In this document: positions 14,011 through 27,422 of the stretch, piece by piece
How positions within the stretch are numbered: the stretch's first letter is position 1
Layout: each line of letters opens with the position of its first letter
From: Dipteris shenzhenensis
Lineage: Eukaryota
Assembly (NCBI GenBank): GCA_047967505.1
Contig: CM106538.1
DNA length: 64,000 nt
Direction: 5' to 3' (one strand)
Notes under the pieces: generated by a model
What the model saw: the letters and a program-made list of their open reading frames with translations, nothing else
Database searches by the model: none
Told to the model about the DNA's origin: nothing
Position numbers and translations under genes: made by a program

Positions 14011-14176
14011 CCAAGAGATAGCCCCAACTCCTACCACAAAGGAGTATATCAAAGTGGATCACAATGTGTCAACATCATTAGCCCACTCTCTAAGCCAAGA
14101 GATATCGCCAACTCCTACCACGACGGAGTACATCAAAGTGGATCACCATGTGTCAACATCACTAGCCCACTCTCTA
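14011..14176. repeat. Tandem duplication, 84-bp unit, 2 copies
   Basis: CCAAGAGATA...CAAAGTGGATCAC..TGTGTCAACATCA.TAGCCCACTCTCTAA occurs at 14011 and 14095. The ORF translation repeats QEI.PTPTT.EYIKVDH.VSTSLAHSL. Confidence 0.9.
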
Positions 14177-14479
14177 AATCACAAATATTTGGAAGCCGAT
14201 TCCAGAATCCATATCCCATGTTACACTTTAAGCACTAGAGTACACAAAGGCATGTCTTCCAGCATGGCTCCCTTGGTGTAGAGGCACATTGGTAGAGAAG
14301 TTTGATAGAGAATATGATATTAGGATCTGTATTTGCAAGATACATAGACTCTCAACTAGTTGTTGATAATAGGTCAATTTTATTAGCTGAGTAGTAGCTA
14401 TAGTTCTTAGCTTCACTCACAAATTACATTAGAGTAAGTATCACCTTTTAATCCTCCATTTGGAATTGCTTTATTACTT

Positions 14480-15050
14480 CTAGATAGTATTTCTACTATG
14501 AGGCGAGTGTGTTTTCTACTTGTACCAAATGTCCATGATGCCAAGAAAGTAATAAAGAAGGTCAAAGTTGGTCCATCCTCAACAAAGTGTTCACTTCTTC
14601 AATCTTCTCCTTGTGGTCCTCCATTATGATCAAATCATCAACTTTTAGAAACAACATCAATTTCTTGTACCCCTCTAAATGGAGATATATTTTTGCAGCT
14701 CTGTCCATTTTGGATCAAAATGATTTTGCCAAAGTAATCATCGATTCTTTGGTATCACACTCAAGGAGCTTGATTTAGCTCATACAATGACTTCCTAAGC
14801 TTCCACACTTTCTCACCCTGGATCTAAAATTAGGTATAATCTTGTCGTACACCCTCTCCTTGAAGTCTCAACTCACAAACATTGACTTTACATCCATTTA
14901 GAGATGGACCACTTCAAATGAGTTGCCAATGCCATCACTATTTTGATCATCTACACTTGGATTGTTGCATCAAATGGCTCTGCATAATCTACCCTTTGAT
15001 ATATGGAAGCTCCTTTGCCAGCATAATTTTATACTTGTTAAGCATCCCGT
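14480..15050 (-). pseudogene. Highly decayed copia reverse-transcriptase remnant
   Basis: The minus strand near 14620-14645 reads GTTGATGATTTGATCATA (VDDLII). Surrounding frames are broken and boundaries are approximate. Confidence 0.45.
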
Positions 15051-15959
15051 CAAACTTATCACTAATTATGTTTGGGATGAATGAGGAGCAAGCTAAGGAA
15101 GGAGGCAGTGCCATCTTGAAGCACAAAGGGAATGTGCAGGGAGGTGAAGCACAAAGGCTACAATGATAATCTAGTTAAACAAGGAATGTGACTTTGGTGA
15201 CATTCATCACAAAGAAGGACATCCATATTTGGTGAAATGGATCTGAAGCATATGGTACTATCCATTGGGTCCATATGATAATTTTTCTAGTCTATTATAA
15301 CAGAGATAGTATGTTAGCAACTAGTACAAGGGTTACATCTGGACTCATACATGAGAAGCATGAAGAGAGGTGGTGATGTGCATAGAACACCTTGTCCTCA
15401 TCTAAGTTATTATTGAGGAGAAGATTTAATCCATGCTCTCCTTGCACAACTAATGAGCTTAACAATTTTATACAAACTTGCACCATGGTAATATCTTGCT
15501 TGATTCTCCTCCCAATGGTGTATGTTGAGTTAGAAGCATTTCTTGAGGAAGGGTGCAAGATATTTTAGGGGAGCGTTCTAGATGACAAGTCTATGCAAAC
15601 CTAGTTGATTATGGGATGCACTCAAGTAGACTTGCATAAGCTGAAAATAGTCAACCTGCCGACTAAAACCTATAAAGAGTTGCTAGACTGAGTTGTTCCT
15701 CTTGAAAATAGTGAAGGCTTGAAAGGAAAGATAAAGAAGAAATATGCTGATAGTGATATTGAAGAAACATCGCAAAGACAAATAAGCTCAAGACCCAAGC
15801 TAATTAAGTGGGATGAAGCTAAGGCACTTTATGATAACTCAGCTCAAAGCACTGCCAAGTTGTCTTTGAGAATATAATATGTAGATATGGATGCCCCGTA
15901 TAGCTTATCAGTGATCAAGGATCACATTTTCTCAATGAAGTTATTAGTTGTTGAAGGAT

Positions 15960-16700
15960 CATTTCAAGATTATGCATACAGTTTCAACCAATTATTATGC
16001 TCTGGTAATGGTGAGGTTGAATCCACTAATAAGACACTCAAGTAAATTTGACTAAGACAATGTAGTCTCACAATGATTGGGATGCTAAAGTTCATGCTAC
16101 ACTTTGGGCTTATCGAACTGCCTATAAAGTCACTACAAATCTAACACCTTTTGGTATGGATTTTGGACTAGAAGCAACACTTCCCTTGGAGTTTATTTTT
16201 CTTAGTCTTGTGTGGCAAATGAGCATCATTTAGATGAATCCAAGGCAATTAAGGGGAAATTGCATCAGCTAAACCACCTAGATGAACTACACCCAAGCAG
16301 CCTGGTCACAACAAGTGATGCAGTGCAAAAGGAAAGCTTGGCATTATAGGCATATTGTGCCTAACCACTTGGAAAAAGGGATGCTTGTATTACCATATAA
16401 TGCTAATCTGGGACCCCTTCAAAACAAATTTCAAACTCAAATGGAATGGGCACTACAGGTTGACTGAAGTTGGATGGAAAAAGGGATGCTTGTATTCCCA
16501 TATAATGCTAAGCTAGGACTTCATAAAACAAATTTCAAACTTGGATGGAATGGGCCCTATAGGTTGATTGAAGTCCTTCCCAATGGGACAATGCAGCTTG
16601 AAGATTTACAAGGAGATGTGTTCCTCGAGTTGTATAATGGGAGCAAAGTGAAGCCTTACCAAGTAGTAGGCTCCTTGATCACATGCAACTCAGTTACAAG
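15960..16700 (+). pseudogene. Decayed Ty3/gypsy integrase C-terminal region
   Basis: Translates in pieces to GNGEVESTNKTL, WDAKVHATLWAYRTAYKVTTNLTPF and WNGPYRLIEVLPNGTMQLEDLQG..NGSKVKPY. Includes a local ~105-bp duplication (16370-16570). Confidence 0.8.
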
Positions 16701-16899
16701 TCACTCGATTGCAAATGTGTTGGTTGGTATGCCAACATGAATGCTAGTCAATTGTTTGGTGATAGTAGAAGGGATGCACTACATGCAAACACATGGTAGT
16801 TTGAATGTTATGGGGGCATTAATTTCTATTGATCATATCTCAAAACGGGGTGTTACATTGAATCATGCAACTGGAAAGGATAGTAGAGATACATTGGCA

Positions 16900-18450
16900 C
16901 CCTATGGGCCCAAGAGCCTTATGAATGTAAAGAAAGGGAGAGTGCAAAAAGGAAAAGGGTTGGCCCTCCCTTCAAAAGGTGACTTGTATTAAAGGCCAAA
17001 TGGTTGACTTTGGTCTTCATTATTGTATGCACAAGTTTGGAATACAAGCTCCCTCTTCTCTTTCAAGAGTGTCTTTGGGTGTTCTCTTGTTTCCTTTATA
17101 GTGCCTTTGTGTTTGCCACTCCATCCCCCTTCAATCTTCTCTTCCCTTCTCCTCCTCCCTCCCTTCTCCCCTCACTTCTCCCTTCTCCCCCTTCCCTCTT
17201 TCTCTCATGGAAACACATTGCAACAATCTGAGAGCCGCTTGAGTGACACATGCAGATGGATCGTGCCTTGCATTGCTCTCACAAGGAGTAGGTTGGAGTG
17301 GAGGCTCCATCGGCATTCCTTAAATATCCCCATGACACTTGAGTCACCGTCAAGACTACACATTTTTGGCATCGTTGTCAGGGAGTTCAAGGTATGCTTT
17401 TGCATTGCATTTGCTTTCTTTCATAATTTACCCATTGCACATGGCTTCAAGCTTAACTTGGAGCTTTGTTAGTGGAGTTTCAGGAGAGGAAGGAGGAAGG
17501 AAGTGTGAGTTGGATAGAAAAGAGAAGGAAAACTATCATTTTATGTTGAAAAGCATTTTTGAGTATAGGAAGCATGTTGTTGAGGTTTGTTAGTATTTTG
17601 AAATGATAGGAAAGTAGTTTCGAAGATTGCTAAGGAGTGTATGGTGTCAAAACTCACAAAAAACAACCAATAATGATGAATCATGCTGAAAATCAAAATG
17701 GTTTTGAGTGTTGACAATCTCCTAAATCTCTCATTTTGCATTCAAATGTTGTTTTTTCTTTCTTGTTTTTTGCATTGAGTAGGTAGGCTAGGTAGTTTAG
17801 CATCCCCCCATCACAAAAAACCTTGAACAAAAAGTCCAAAACTATCAAGAATCATCAAAAATCAATCAACGACACTGCGCATTCCTATCGGTGCCTTAGC
17901 ACTATCCCCACAGCTATTGCCATAACACTATCCCACTGGTCAAACCTGCATTGACCCGTGGCCTTAGTCCTTATCCCCATGACCTAACTTCTGGCTACCG
18001 TCTAACCCGCTGCCCTAATTAATGCATGTCAGAATCATGTATCCCACTGGTCTGATAGTCATTGACTCATCACCTTGAGATCATGCCAACGATCATCGCC
18101 ATAGTCTTATCCCCACACCCGTCGCCATATTCATAACCCACCGATTGGCACCTTAAGCTTACCCCCACAACTATTGTCATATGGTACCCCACCAATATAG
18201 ATATCCCACTGATCGTCGATGCCTTAAGCTCATCCCTACAACCATTGTCATACTGCTAACCCCACGCCTGTCACCATACCATTATCCTACTGACCTTATC
18301 GTCCTTTCGCCCATAGTCTTAGCTCATCCCCACAACCGTCGGGATACCACCTGCATCTTATCCCACCGACATGTGTCACTCCCCATCCCTATAACTATCA
18401 CCTTAGCTTCATCCCTATGATAGTCACCATAATCCTATCCCCATGCTTGT
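16900..18450 (+). repeat. Probable gypsy LTR (partial), same family as 53600-55200 in the opposite orientation
   Basis: Follows the integrase remnant. The reverse-complement match includes GGCCCTCC.TTCAAAAGGTGAC...AAAGGCCAAATGGTTGACTTTGGTCTTCATTATTG and a terminal array of short CCTATCCCAC/ATCGTCGCCATAG repeats. Exact termini not resolved. Confidence 0.65.
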
Positions 18451-18768
18451 CGAGATCTCTGGGGCGCTCCAAAAAAAAAAAGAATTAAAGTTTCAGCCAG
18501 AGTGTTCCCTTTTAGTGGAAGAATTTTGTCCAAGGAACCCATGCTGGAGGACAGTGCTTTGAGCTACACTCAGCCCACCTTTCGCCCTCGGTCCAAACCA
18601 GAAGCTCAGAATTCCTAGCTCCCACTGCATAATAGGCCCCAAAAGGAGGACCCATCTAGATCCGATGAGATAGAGAGCTTGAATGAGGAGATGCAAGACC
18701 CCGCAAGTCCGAGGGCTTCCGAAGCCCCCTTCACTAGGTTGGCTTCCCCCAACTCTCCTACTCCCTCT

Positions 18769-21132
18769 TAAAGAACAAATTGATGTATGTGTGTGTGCCT
18801 ATGGGCTAGGAGTCCTATGCTAGGAGTGTGTGAGTGTAGGTGTGCTAGAAGGTTCTAGTGTGATCTCATTGGTAGTATCCATTAGTTGTCCAGGAAATAG
18901 GGAAGCATGAAAGTATTCATATTGACACTTTGCTTTTAGTTTCAAGATACAATCAATTGAATCATCCGTTGGATTTACATCCACCTTGAATGTCTCTATC
19001 CATCTTTGAAGTCTACACAAAGGAAACTGCTATTAATTTTTTCCCTTATGACATTGATAATGAAATGTTGCAAGGAAAACAATGACCCACATAGCTCCTT
19101 TGATTCGTCAAGGGCTCCAAATGTGACATCAACTCACCAAAGGTACCATTGTCCATCAACTTTGTAGCATTGTCACCCGCAGATATTATGCTATTCAATA
19201 TTATATCCCTCGTCACCTCTTTCTCAACCCTTTTTTGTCCTGCTCGAGGGATCTTTTCAACATAATCCTCCACCAAGTTTCTCACGATGTTGACATGCTT
19301 TGTGCATTCTCCCTTTTGAACTTCATGACTATGGCTGCCTAGATGAACAATATACCTTGTGTACCTTACATGTGATGGAATAACATAATATATCCTAGAC
19401 GCACATTCGGATTCACGTAGTGGCCTTTGGTTGCAATGAAAGCAATGAAATCCCCCATGTTCCCTATTCACTTGACGCTCATGGCAAGGAATATTTAATC
19501 TTTCTTTCCAATGTATTGTATTCTGTCTCTGCCTCAACTTCAAAAAACTACATTCTACATTGTCACAAACAAATGCGCCTCCACAATTTGATAATCTCAC
19601 ATCTCCATTGAATCCAGATATATTGGTTGTTTTATATCGAACCCATGGATGACCATCTTTGCTCTGCTCCATTCCAGTCATAGATCCAGTACTTGCATCT
19701 ATGGGAGGCAACTCAAGGTAAAGAAGACCCTAGTTAAGAGGATTTGGGAGAAGCCAACTAGTTATGCCTATGCCAAACAACTAGGTTTTTCTAAATTTTT
19801 ATCTATCAATTTGCATCTATATGGTGAAGGTGATTTCTTTGTTCAGAAAGAATAATATTTTGTAAAGGGATTAGACACTGCCATTAAATTGGTAAGACCT
19901 TCCCAAATGGCCTCCAAAATCAAAATAAATAAGTTTGAGGGAGAGGGTTTTCATACTTGGCAGACCAAACTGAAATTTATCCTCATGAAAAAGGGGATCT
20001 AGAAGGTGGCTAATGGAAAAGAACATAGAACAACAAGTAGGGAAGGAGAAGCTTTATGGCTCCCTAAGGATGAAAAAGCACTAGCCATAATTGCTCTTGG
20101 ATTGAGTGATTCTTTTATCCACCACATTGATGGCTGTGAGAGTACTCATGCTACATGGACTCATCTTGAGCTTGTTTTTGGAGCACAAGGGAGATGTTCC
20201 AAGTTTAGCTTGCTCATCAAATTATTTGATCTAAAATTGGATAGAGGAGAATCCATCTCTTCACATTTAAATTCCATGAAGAGCATACTGACTCAGTTAT
20301 CCTGGCATCAAGTTTAATCTTGATGAAGACATTGTAATTGCTATCTTACTTAGAAGACTAACTAAGGAATATGGCACTATTGTCACCACTCTCACCAATA
20401 TGCTAGAGATTAGTTTGGTGGAAATTGAGCCATCCCTCTTGGAAGGGGAAAGGAAAATCAAACAGAGGAATGACTACAAAGAACATGGGGCACATTTGGC
20501 CTCCATTTGGCCAAAAGAAACTTCAAGGGCAAGAGAAAAATGAAGTGCAACTTTTGTGGAAAACCTGGACATTTTGAAAAAGAATGCTATGCAAAGAAGA
20601 GATGTTCAGCAAACCTTGTGGAAGAAGCAGAGACTAAAGAAGAAGAAGAACTAGAGGATGTTAAAGCTCTTACTGCTTTCACCACCCAAGTCAATTTTGA
20701 CAAAGGTGATGACCCATATGTTCTCTAAAGTTGTGTGTGTGTGATGTCAATAATGGTTCTCTACCATGGATAGTCCATCCTTAAATGATTGATAGTCTTT
20801 TGTTTGAGATTTTACCTTGTTGGACTCATGGGGATTTCCATGCATAGTCATTATCTATCTCCCAGTTGTAAACCAAGAGTCCTAGGAGTGAGTCACATGT
20901 TGGGGCCATGTGTGTTGCCACATGATGGTGGGCAAGCCATGGAGCATCCCATGTACTATTACTGAGGGATGAGGTCATCAATTTGTGGGGGGGAATGAAG
21001 GAAAAATTGATGTATGTGTGTGTGCCTATGCGCTAGGAGTCCTATGCTAGGAGTGTGTGAGTGTAGGTGTGCTAGAAGGTTCTAGTGTGATTGAGAGAAT
21101 CTGGTAGTGATTATAGGATCTAAGGATTCCAT
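18769..21132 (+). mobile_element. Non-autonomous gag-only copia-type LTR element (TR-GAG-like), 3' LTR truncated
   Basis: 96-bp direct repeats at 18769-18864 and 20996-21091, the second preceded by the PPT GTGGGGGGGAA. Degenerate PBS TGGTAAGACC at 19890. Gag starts at ATG 19907 (KFEGEGFHTWQTKLKFILMKKG) and includes the knuckle CNFCGKPGHFEKEC. Only ~270 bp separate the gag stop and the 3' LTR, with no pol. Confidence 0.75.
18865..19715 (-). pseudogene. Fragment of a gene with a WRKY-GCM1-superfamily (GCM-like) zinc-binding domain, probably a DNA-transposase N-terminus
   Basis: ORF 19046-19711 has the pattern W..YKTTN...SNCGGAFVCDNVEC...CFHC...C..RIYYV...YIVHLGSHSH. A probable next exon follows a TTTGTGTAG acceptor at ~19013 (LQRWIETF...LFPGQ). 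Both ends are truncated. Confidence 0.6.
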
Positions 21133-24100
21133 CCTATATGTGGGTCTCAAACCAAACTCAACTAACTAAGGTGGCATACTAACTGAGCCACGAACTAGTG
21201 TAGATAAGGATAACTGTCATCCAGCTATTATTCGTGGGCGGTGTACCAACCGCATCTCCAGCTAACAAGTCAGTGACATAAATGCACAACATTCACCCTG
21301 GCATATCGCGAGTGGAGCTCGATATCTCAACACTCCCCCTCGAGCTCAATCCCAATTCCTGCACACCAAGCAGGTCTCTGAACTTGCGCAGCTTCTCTGC
21401 GCCCAATGCTTTCGTGAATATGTCAGCTACCTGATCCTCTATGCTAACATAAACTAGATCAATGAGACCTAGTAAAACCTTCTCCCGCACATAGTGATAA
21501 TGCACCTCAATGTGCTTTGTTCTGGCATGAAAGACTGGGTTCTTTGCCAAATGTATACTACTCATGTTGTCACAATAAATGACAACCGGCCCATCTGTAG
21601 ACTGATGCATATCATAGAGTAGCTTATGCAACCAAGCTACCTCACATGCAGCCATTGCTGCACCTCTGTACTCAGCCTCTATGATCGACAAGGCAACTGT
21701 AGGCTGTTTCTTGCTGCTCCAAGTGGCTGCAGCACTCCCAAAAGAGAACACATATCCACTTGTAGATCGCCTATCAGAAATACTACTAGCCCAATCAGCA
21801 TCAGTGTATCCATGTACCTGTAATGCACACCCAGCTTCATAAAACAGTCCATAATGCAATGTGGACTTCACATACCTGAGTATGCATCTAGCCGCATCCA
21901 AATGCGGTTTCCTTGGAGCCTGCATAAACTGACTTACCAACCCAACAGCATAGCTCAAATCTGGCCTGGTAATAGTCATGTAAATCAAACTTCCTACTAT
22001 GCGTCTGTACATAGTAGGGTCTTCCAGAAGCTCACCTGCATCTGCCCTCAGCTTCACATTCTGCTCCAAAGGAACTGAAATAGGCTTACAGCCTGTCATC
22101 CCATATTTGGACAGCATGTCCAGTCCATACTGCCTCTGCAAGAGCTGTATCCCACTTGGTGATCTAATCACCTCAATGCCCAAGAAATAACGCAGCTCTC
22201 CCAAATCCTTCATCTCAAACTTCTGCCTCAATAGCATTTTCACATGAAGGATATCTTCATCACTATCACCTGTGATGATCAAATCATCAACATAAATGAC
22301 CAGCAGCATAATCCCTTTCTCTGTTTTTCTCACATAGAGTGAGAAATCTGCCTTGGAAATCTGAAAGCCAATAGTGACAAGATACTGTCCTATCTTGTCA
22401 GACCATGCTCTAGGTGCTTGCTTCAAGCCATACAAGGCTTTCTTCAACCTACAAACAAACTCAGGATGAATAGCATGAACATAACCTGCTGGCTGCTCCA
22501 TAAAGACCTCTTCTTGCAAATCACCATGCAAGAAGGCATTCTTTACATCCATCTGATGTAAAGACCATCCCTTTGATGCAGCCATAGCAATGGCTGCTCT
22601 TACGGTTGCCATCCTTGCAACCGGGCTGAAAGTTTCTTCATAATCAATGCCATATGTCTGTGCATACCCCTTGACAACTAATCTTGCCTTGTATCTATTC
22701 ACAGAACCATCTGCATTGTGCTTGATCTTATAAACCCATTTACAGCCAATTGCATTCTTGCCTTTAGGCAAAGGCACCAATTCCCATGTAGCATTAGCAT
22801 CCAAGGCATCCATTTCTTCATCCATGGCTTTCTCCCATTTTTCATTTCCCATGGCTTGCTCAAAAGAAGTGGGTTCTGGTTCCTGTATCACTTTGACCAT
22901 ATAGGCATAGTGAATGGCTGTAAATCCATCATATTTCAGCCTATCCACAAGATACCTAACCCTGGTAGACCTGCACAAAATAGGCTCACTTCCAGGTGCT
23001 CTCAAAACATCCCTAGTCTTCCTTACTCCAGGTGTAACAATAGAAGGAATACCCAACTCATCATCAATGCTCTGTTCTGAGCCACTGGTTTCACCATCCA
23101 CACAAGAGTGACCTGCATTCACATTAAACATGGGCTGATCTACCTTCTCTTTTCCTTTTCGTGATACCTACATACCACTCTCTGCATTGCTTTGAGGGGA
23201 TTCTCCTAATCTCAATCTGCCTGTCCATGGCGAAGTATGTGAACCACTGGTAGAGGACACTCCAGGTCCACTGATATTTTGTGATTGCTGCTGTGCATTC
23301 TGTGCAGCATTACCATTTTGTGCATCTACATCAATCATCATGTTTACTGGTTTATACCAGCTGCTCATCTCATCAAAAACAACATCTCTACTCACTGTGA
23401 ACTTACGTGTAGAAGGGTTATAGCATCTATACCCTTTCTGCTGCAGAGAATAACTAATAAAGATGCACTTCTCAGCTTTTGGATCCAACTTGGACCTCAA
23501 CTCATCTGGCACATGGACATAGGCAATGCAACCAAAAATCTTCAAATGAGAAATATCTGGTTTCCTACCAGTATACATCTCCTCTGGCGTCATGCCATGT
23601 ATTGCTGCAGTGGGAGTCCTGTTCATTATATAGACTGCTGTAGCAACTGCTTAAGCCCAATAATAATCTGGTAGATCTTTTTCATTTAGCATAGCTCGAG
23701 ATACCTCTCCAATATGCCTGTTTTTTCTTTCTGCAATTCCATTTTGCTATGGGGTATGACTGCATGAATATTGCTGCTTTATACCATGCTCCTGCAAGAA
23801 CCTTGCAAACTCATTTGAGAGGTACTCTTCCCCTCCATCTGACCTTAGGCATTTTATTTGCAGGCCTGTTTCTTTTTCAACCATAGCTTTGAAAGCTTTG
23901 AAGTGCCCAAACACTTCACTTTTCTTTTTCATAAAATACACCCACAGTTTTCTGCTGAAGTCATCAATAAATGTGACAAAATAGTGACAGCCTCCAATAG
24001 ATGCAGCTTTTGTAGTCCACACATCAGAGTGGATTAATTCCAATGGCTTTTTACTCTCTTGAACATGCCTAGGAAAAGGTTTCCTTGCCTGTTTCCCAAA

Positions 24101-26050
24101 TTGACAGGCTTCACAAACCTTGTGCATTTCTGCAACCTTGAATTTAGGCAATCCTGCAACAATATTTTGGGCTTGCATTGATTTAAGTCGTTGTATATTA
24201 ACATGACCAATGCGTTTGTGCCAGATATCAATATCTGCAACTACACCGGTCCCATGTGCAAACATTGCTGCACTCAATTCAGGCATGTCTGCATCCAACG
24301 TAAACATCCTGCCCTTCTTCTTTCCTTTTGCTATCAAGCGACCATTATTTTTCATATCTTCAACAAAGCATCCATGAGGATTAAATCTGACCTGCAAGCC
24401 CTGCTCAACCATCTGTCCAACAGAAACCAGGTTCTTGGTGATGTTCGGGACATGAAATACATCAGACAAGTATTTCTTTTTACCATCCTGCATAGACAAA
24501 GGAATTTTGCCAATCTGCACAATAGGATGTGCAGTATCATCACCAGTCTCCACAAATCCTGGTTTTTCCATTTTTCTTGCATCCTGCATCCATTCAGCGT
24601 GACCTGTCATGTGGTTTGACGCACCCGAGTCACATACCACACATCATTGCTTTCTTCTGCACTTGTTACAGAATTTGTCATATGCTGCACCATAAACAAA
24701 TGCTCATTTCTGTCATCACCCTGTCTACTAGAGGATGCATAATTGCCTTGCTGCAATTTTCCATTCATAATGACATTCTACTTTTTATAGCAGTCCTTAG
24801 CCATATGACCCATTTTGCCACAATAGTAGCATTCAATATTGCTGTTTGCATTTTGGCCTCTCTGCCATCCACCACGGCCTCTTTGGCTCCCCGTGCCTCT
24901 AGAGTTACCACGTCCTCCTGCATAGGACTGGTTTTCTTGCGTTTGCTGCATATTCTGATTTCTACTACGGCCTGCAGATCGGCCTCCTCTACCTCTACCT
25001 CTACCTCTGCCAGCATTTGAGTAGAAGACAATTTCTTTTGAAGTTCCTGCTGAAGAAGATGCACCACCATCCTCCTCAAAATCAGGAAATTTTTCACGGA
25101 TGGTAATGGATGTCCGGAACTGTGCATAATCCTTTCCTAGACCATTCAAGGTCACAGAGACCAAATCGTCATCATCCACTGGCGACCTAATGGAAGCAAG
25201 TGCATCTGCAATTTTCTTCACTTTCATGTGGTAGTCATTTATGCTCAAATTTTCTCTCTGCACATTGTGCAACTCCTGTTTGAGTTGCATTTTCCTGGCT
25301 TGCGTATTTGTGCTGTACATTTTTGCCAAAGTATCCCATGCCTCCTTTGGCGTATTTGCATCCTGAATATGCACAATCATGGAGCTCGAAATACTGATAG
25401 ACAGCCAGTACATAACTTTCCTGGCTCTCTCATGCCATCCTTTAAATGCCTGCATTTCCTGTTGACTAGGAACATTAGGAAGAATAGGTTCTTCTTCATT
25501 TCCTGTAATGAATTCCCAATAGCCTTTTCCCATCAAGAAATTCGTCATTCTAAACTTCCATGCCTGGAAGTTGTTCTTGTCAAGCTTTTCAGTGACAATC
25601 TATGAAAGAGAATCAGATGCCATTACAGAACACTGCAAAATATTTTGTCACTGCAAAGAACACAGCTTTTGCCTCACACAGGCAGATCTGCAAAACTGAC
25701 GAAAGTGGTATTTCACCACACAGTCACTTCCTAGTGACGATTTTGCATCAGTAGGCAACAGGCATGAATCTGCAACCCCCAATATCTCTGCACACAGGCA
25801 TACGATGCAATTTCTGCGGCACCTTTCCACCGACTAGCCACGCAGTGGTCGCACAGCAAAAAACGGGGCCTTTTTCTGAGTGCCTGCGAAGAACTTCCGC
25901 CTTCAAAACGGGCCCCGATACGGCCTCAAATCAGAAAAATAAAGTCACTGCGGGCTTCGCCCCCATCCGCAGCATATACTGCGCTCTCGCCACACTGCGA
26001 AGGGCGTCCCAATTTGAAACAGTGCACTCCTGCACTTCTAGCTGTGCTAC
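21133..26050 (-). mobile_element. Ty1/copia element (copia-2): gag-pol with several stops and frameshifts, 5' LTR/PBS missing, 3' LTR (21332 to 21133) truncated
   Basis: ORFs 24778-25548 (gag, CYYCGKMGHMAKDC), 23747-24640 (PR DSGASNHM, IN), 23168-23626 and 21293-23131 (RT YVDDL, RNase H). PPT GAGGGGGAG followed by TGTTGAGATATC. Confidence 0.95.
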
Positions 26051-27422
26051 AATAGGCTTACAGCCTGTCATCCCATATTTGGATAGCATGTCCAATCCAT
26101 ACTGCCTCTGCAAGAGCTGTATCCCACTTGGTGATCTAATCACCTCAATGCCCAAGAAATAACGCAGCTCTCCCAAATCCTTCATCTCAAACTTTTGCTT
26201 CAATAGCATTTTCACATGAAGGATATCTTCATCACTATCACCTGTGATGATCAAATCATCAACATAAATGACAAGCAGCATAATCCCTTTCTCTGTTTTT
26301 CTTAGAGTGAGAAATCTGGCTTGGAAATCTGAAAGCCAATAGTGACAAGATACTGTCCTATCTTGTCATACCATGCTCTAGGTGCTTGCTTCAAGCCATA
26401 CAAGGCTTTCTTCAACCTGCAAACAAACTCAGGATGAATAGCATGAACATAACCTGTTGGCTGCTCCATAAAGACCTCTTCTTGCAAATCACCATGCAAG
26501 AAGGCATTCTTTACATCCATCTGATGTAAAGACCATCCCTTTGATGCAGCCATAGCAATGACTGCTCTTACAGTTGCCATCCTTGCAACCGGACTGAATG
26601 TTTCTTCATAATCAATGCCATATGTCTGTGCATACCCCTTGACAACTAATCTTGCCTTGTATCTATTCATAGAACCATCTGCATTGTGCTTGATCTTATA
26701 AACCCACTTACAGCCAATTGCATTCTTGTTTTTAGGCAAAGGCACCAATTCCCATGTAGCATTTGCTTCCAAGGCATCCATTTCTTCATCCATGGCTTTC
26801 TCCCATTTTTCATTTCCCATGGCTTGTTCAAAAGAAGTGGGTTCTGGTTCTTGTATCACTTTGACCATATAGGCATAGTGAATGGCTATAAATCCATCAT
26901 ATTTCAGCCTATCCACAGGATACCTAGCTCTAGTAGACTTGCGCAAAATAGGCTCACTTCCAGGTGCTCTCAAAACATCCCTGGTCTTCCTTACTCCAGG
27001 TGTAACAATAGAAGGAATACCCAACTCATGATCAATGCTCTGTTCTGAGCCGCTGGATTCACCATCCACATAAGAGTGACCTGCATTCACATCAAACATG
27101 GGCTGATTTACCTTCTCTTTTCCTTTTCGTGATACCTGTGTACCACTATCTGCATTGCTTTGAGGAGATTCTCTTGATCTCAATCTGCCTGTCCATGGTG
27201 AAGTATGTGAACCACTGCTAGAGGACACTACAGGTCCAGCATTACCATTTTGTGCATCTACATCAATCATCACATTTACTGGTTTATACCAGCTACTCAT
27301 CTCATCAAAAACAACATCTCTGCTCACTGTAAACTGCAACCGCATCTGCAACTAACAAGTCGGTGACATAAATGCACAACGGTCACCCTGGCATATCACG
27401 AGTGGAGCTCGATATCTTAACA
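26051..27422 (-). mobile_element. Rearranged copia-2 family fragment: first ~86 bp of an LTR fused to the IN C-terminus/RT N-half
   Basis: 27337-27422 matches the LTR start (TGTTAAGATATCGAGCTCCACTC). 26051-27335 closely matches ~22080-23404 (ORFs 26302-27351 and 25931-26281). Confidence 0.9.
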
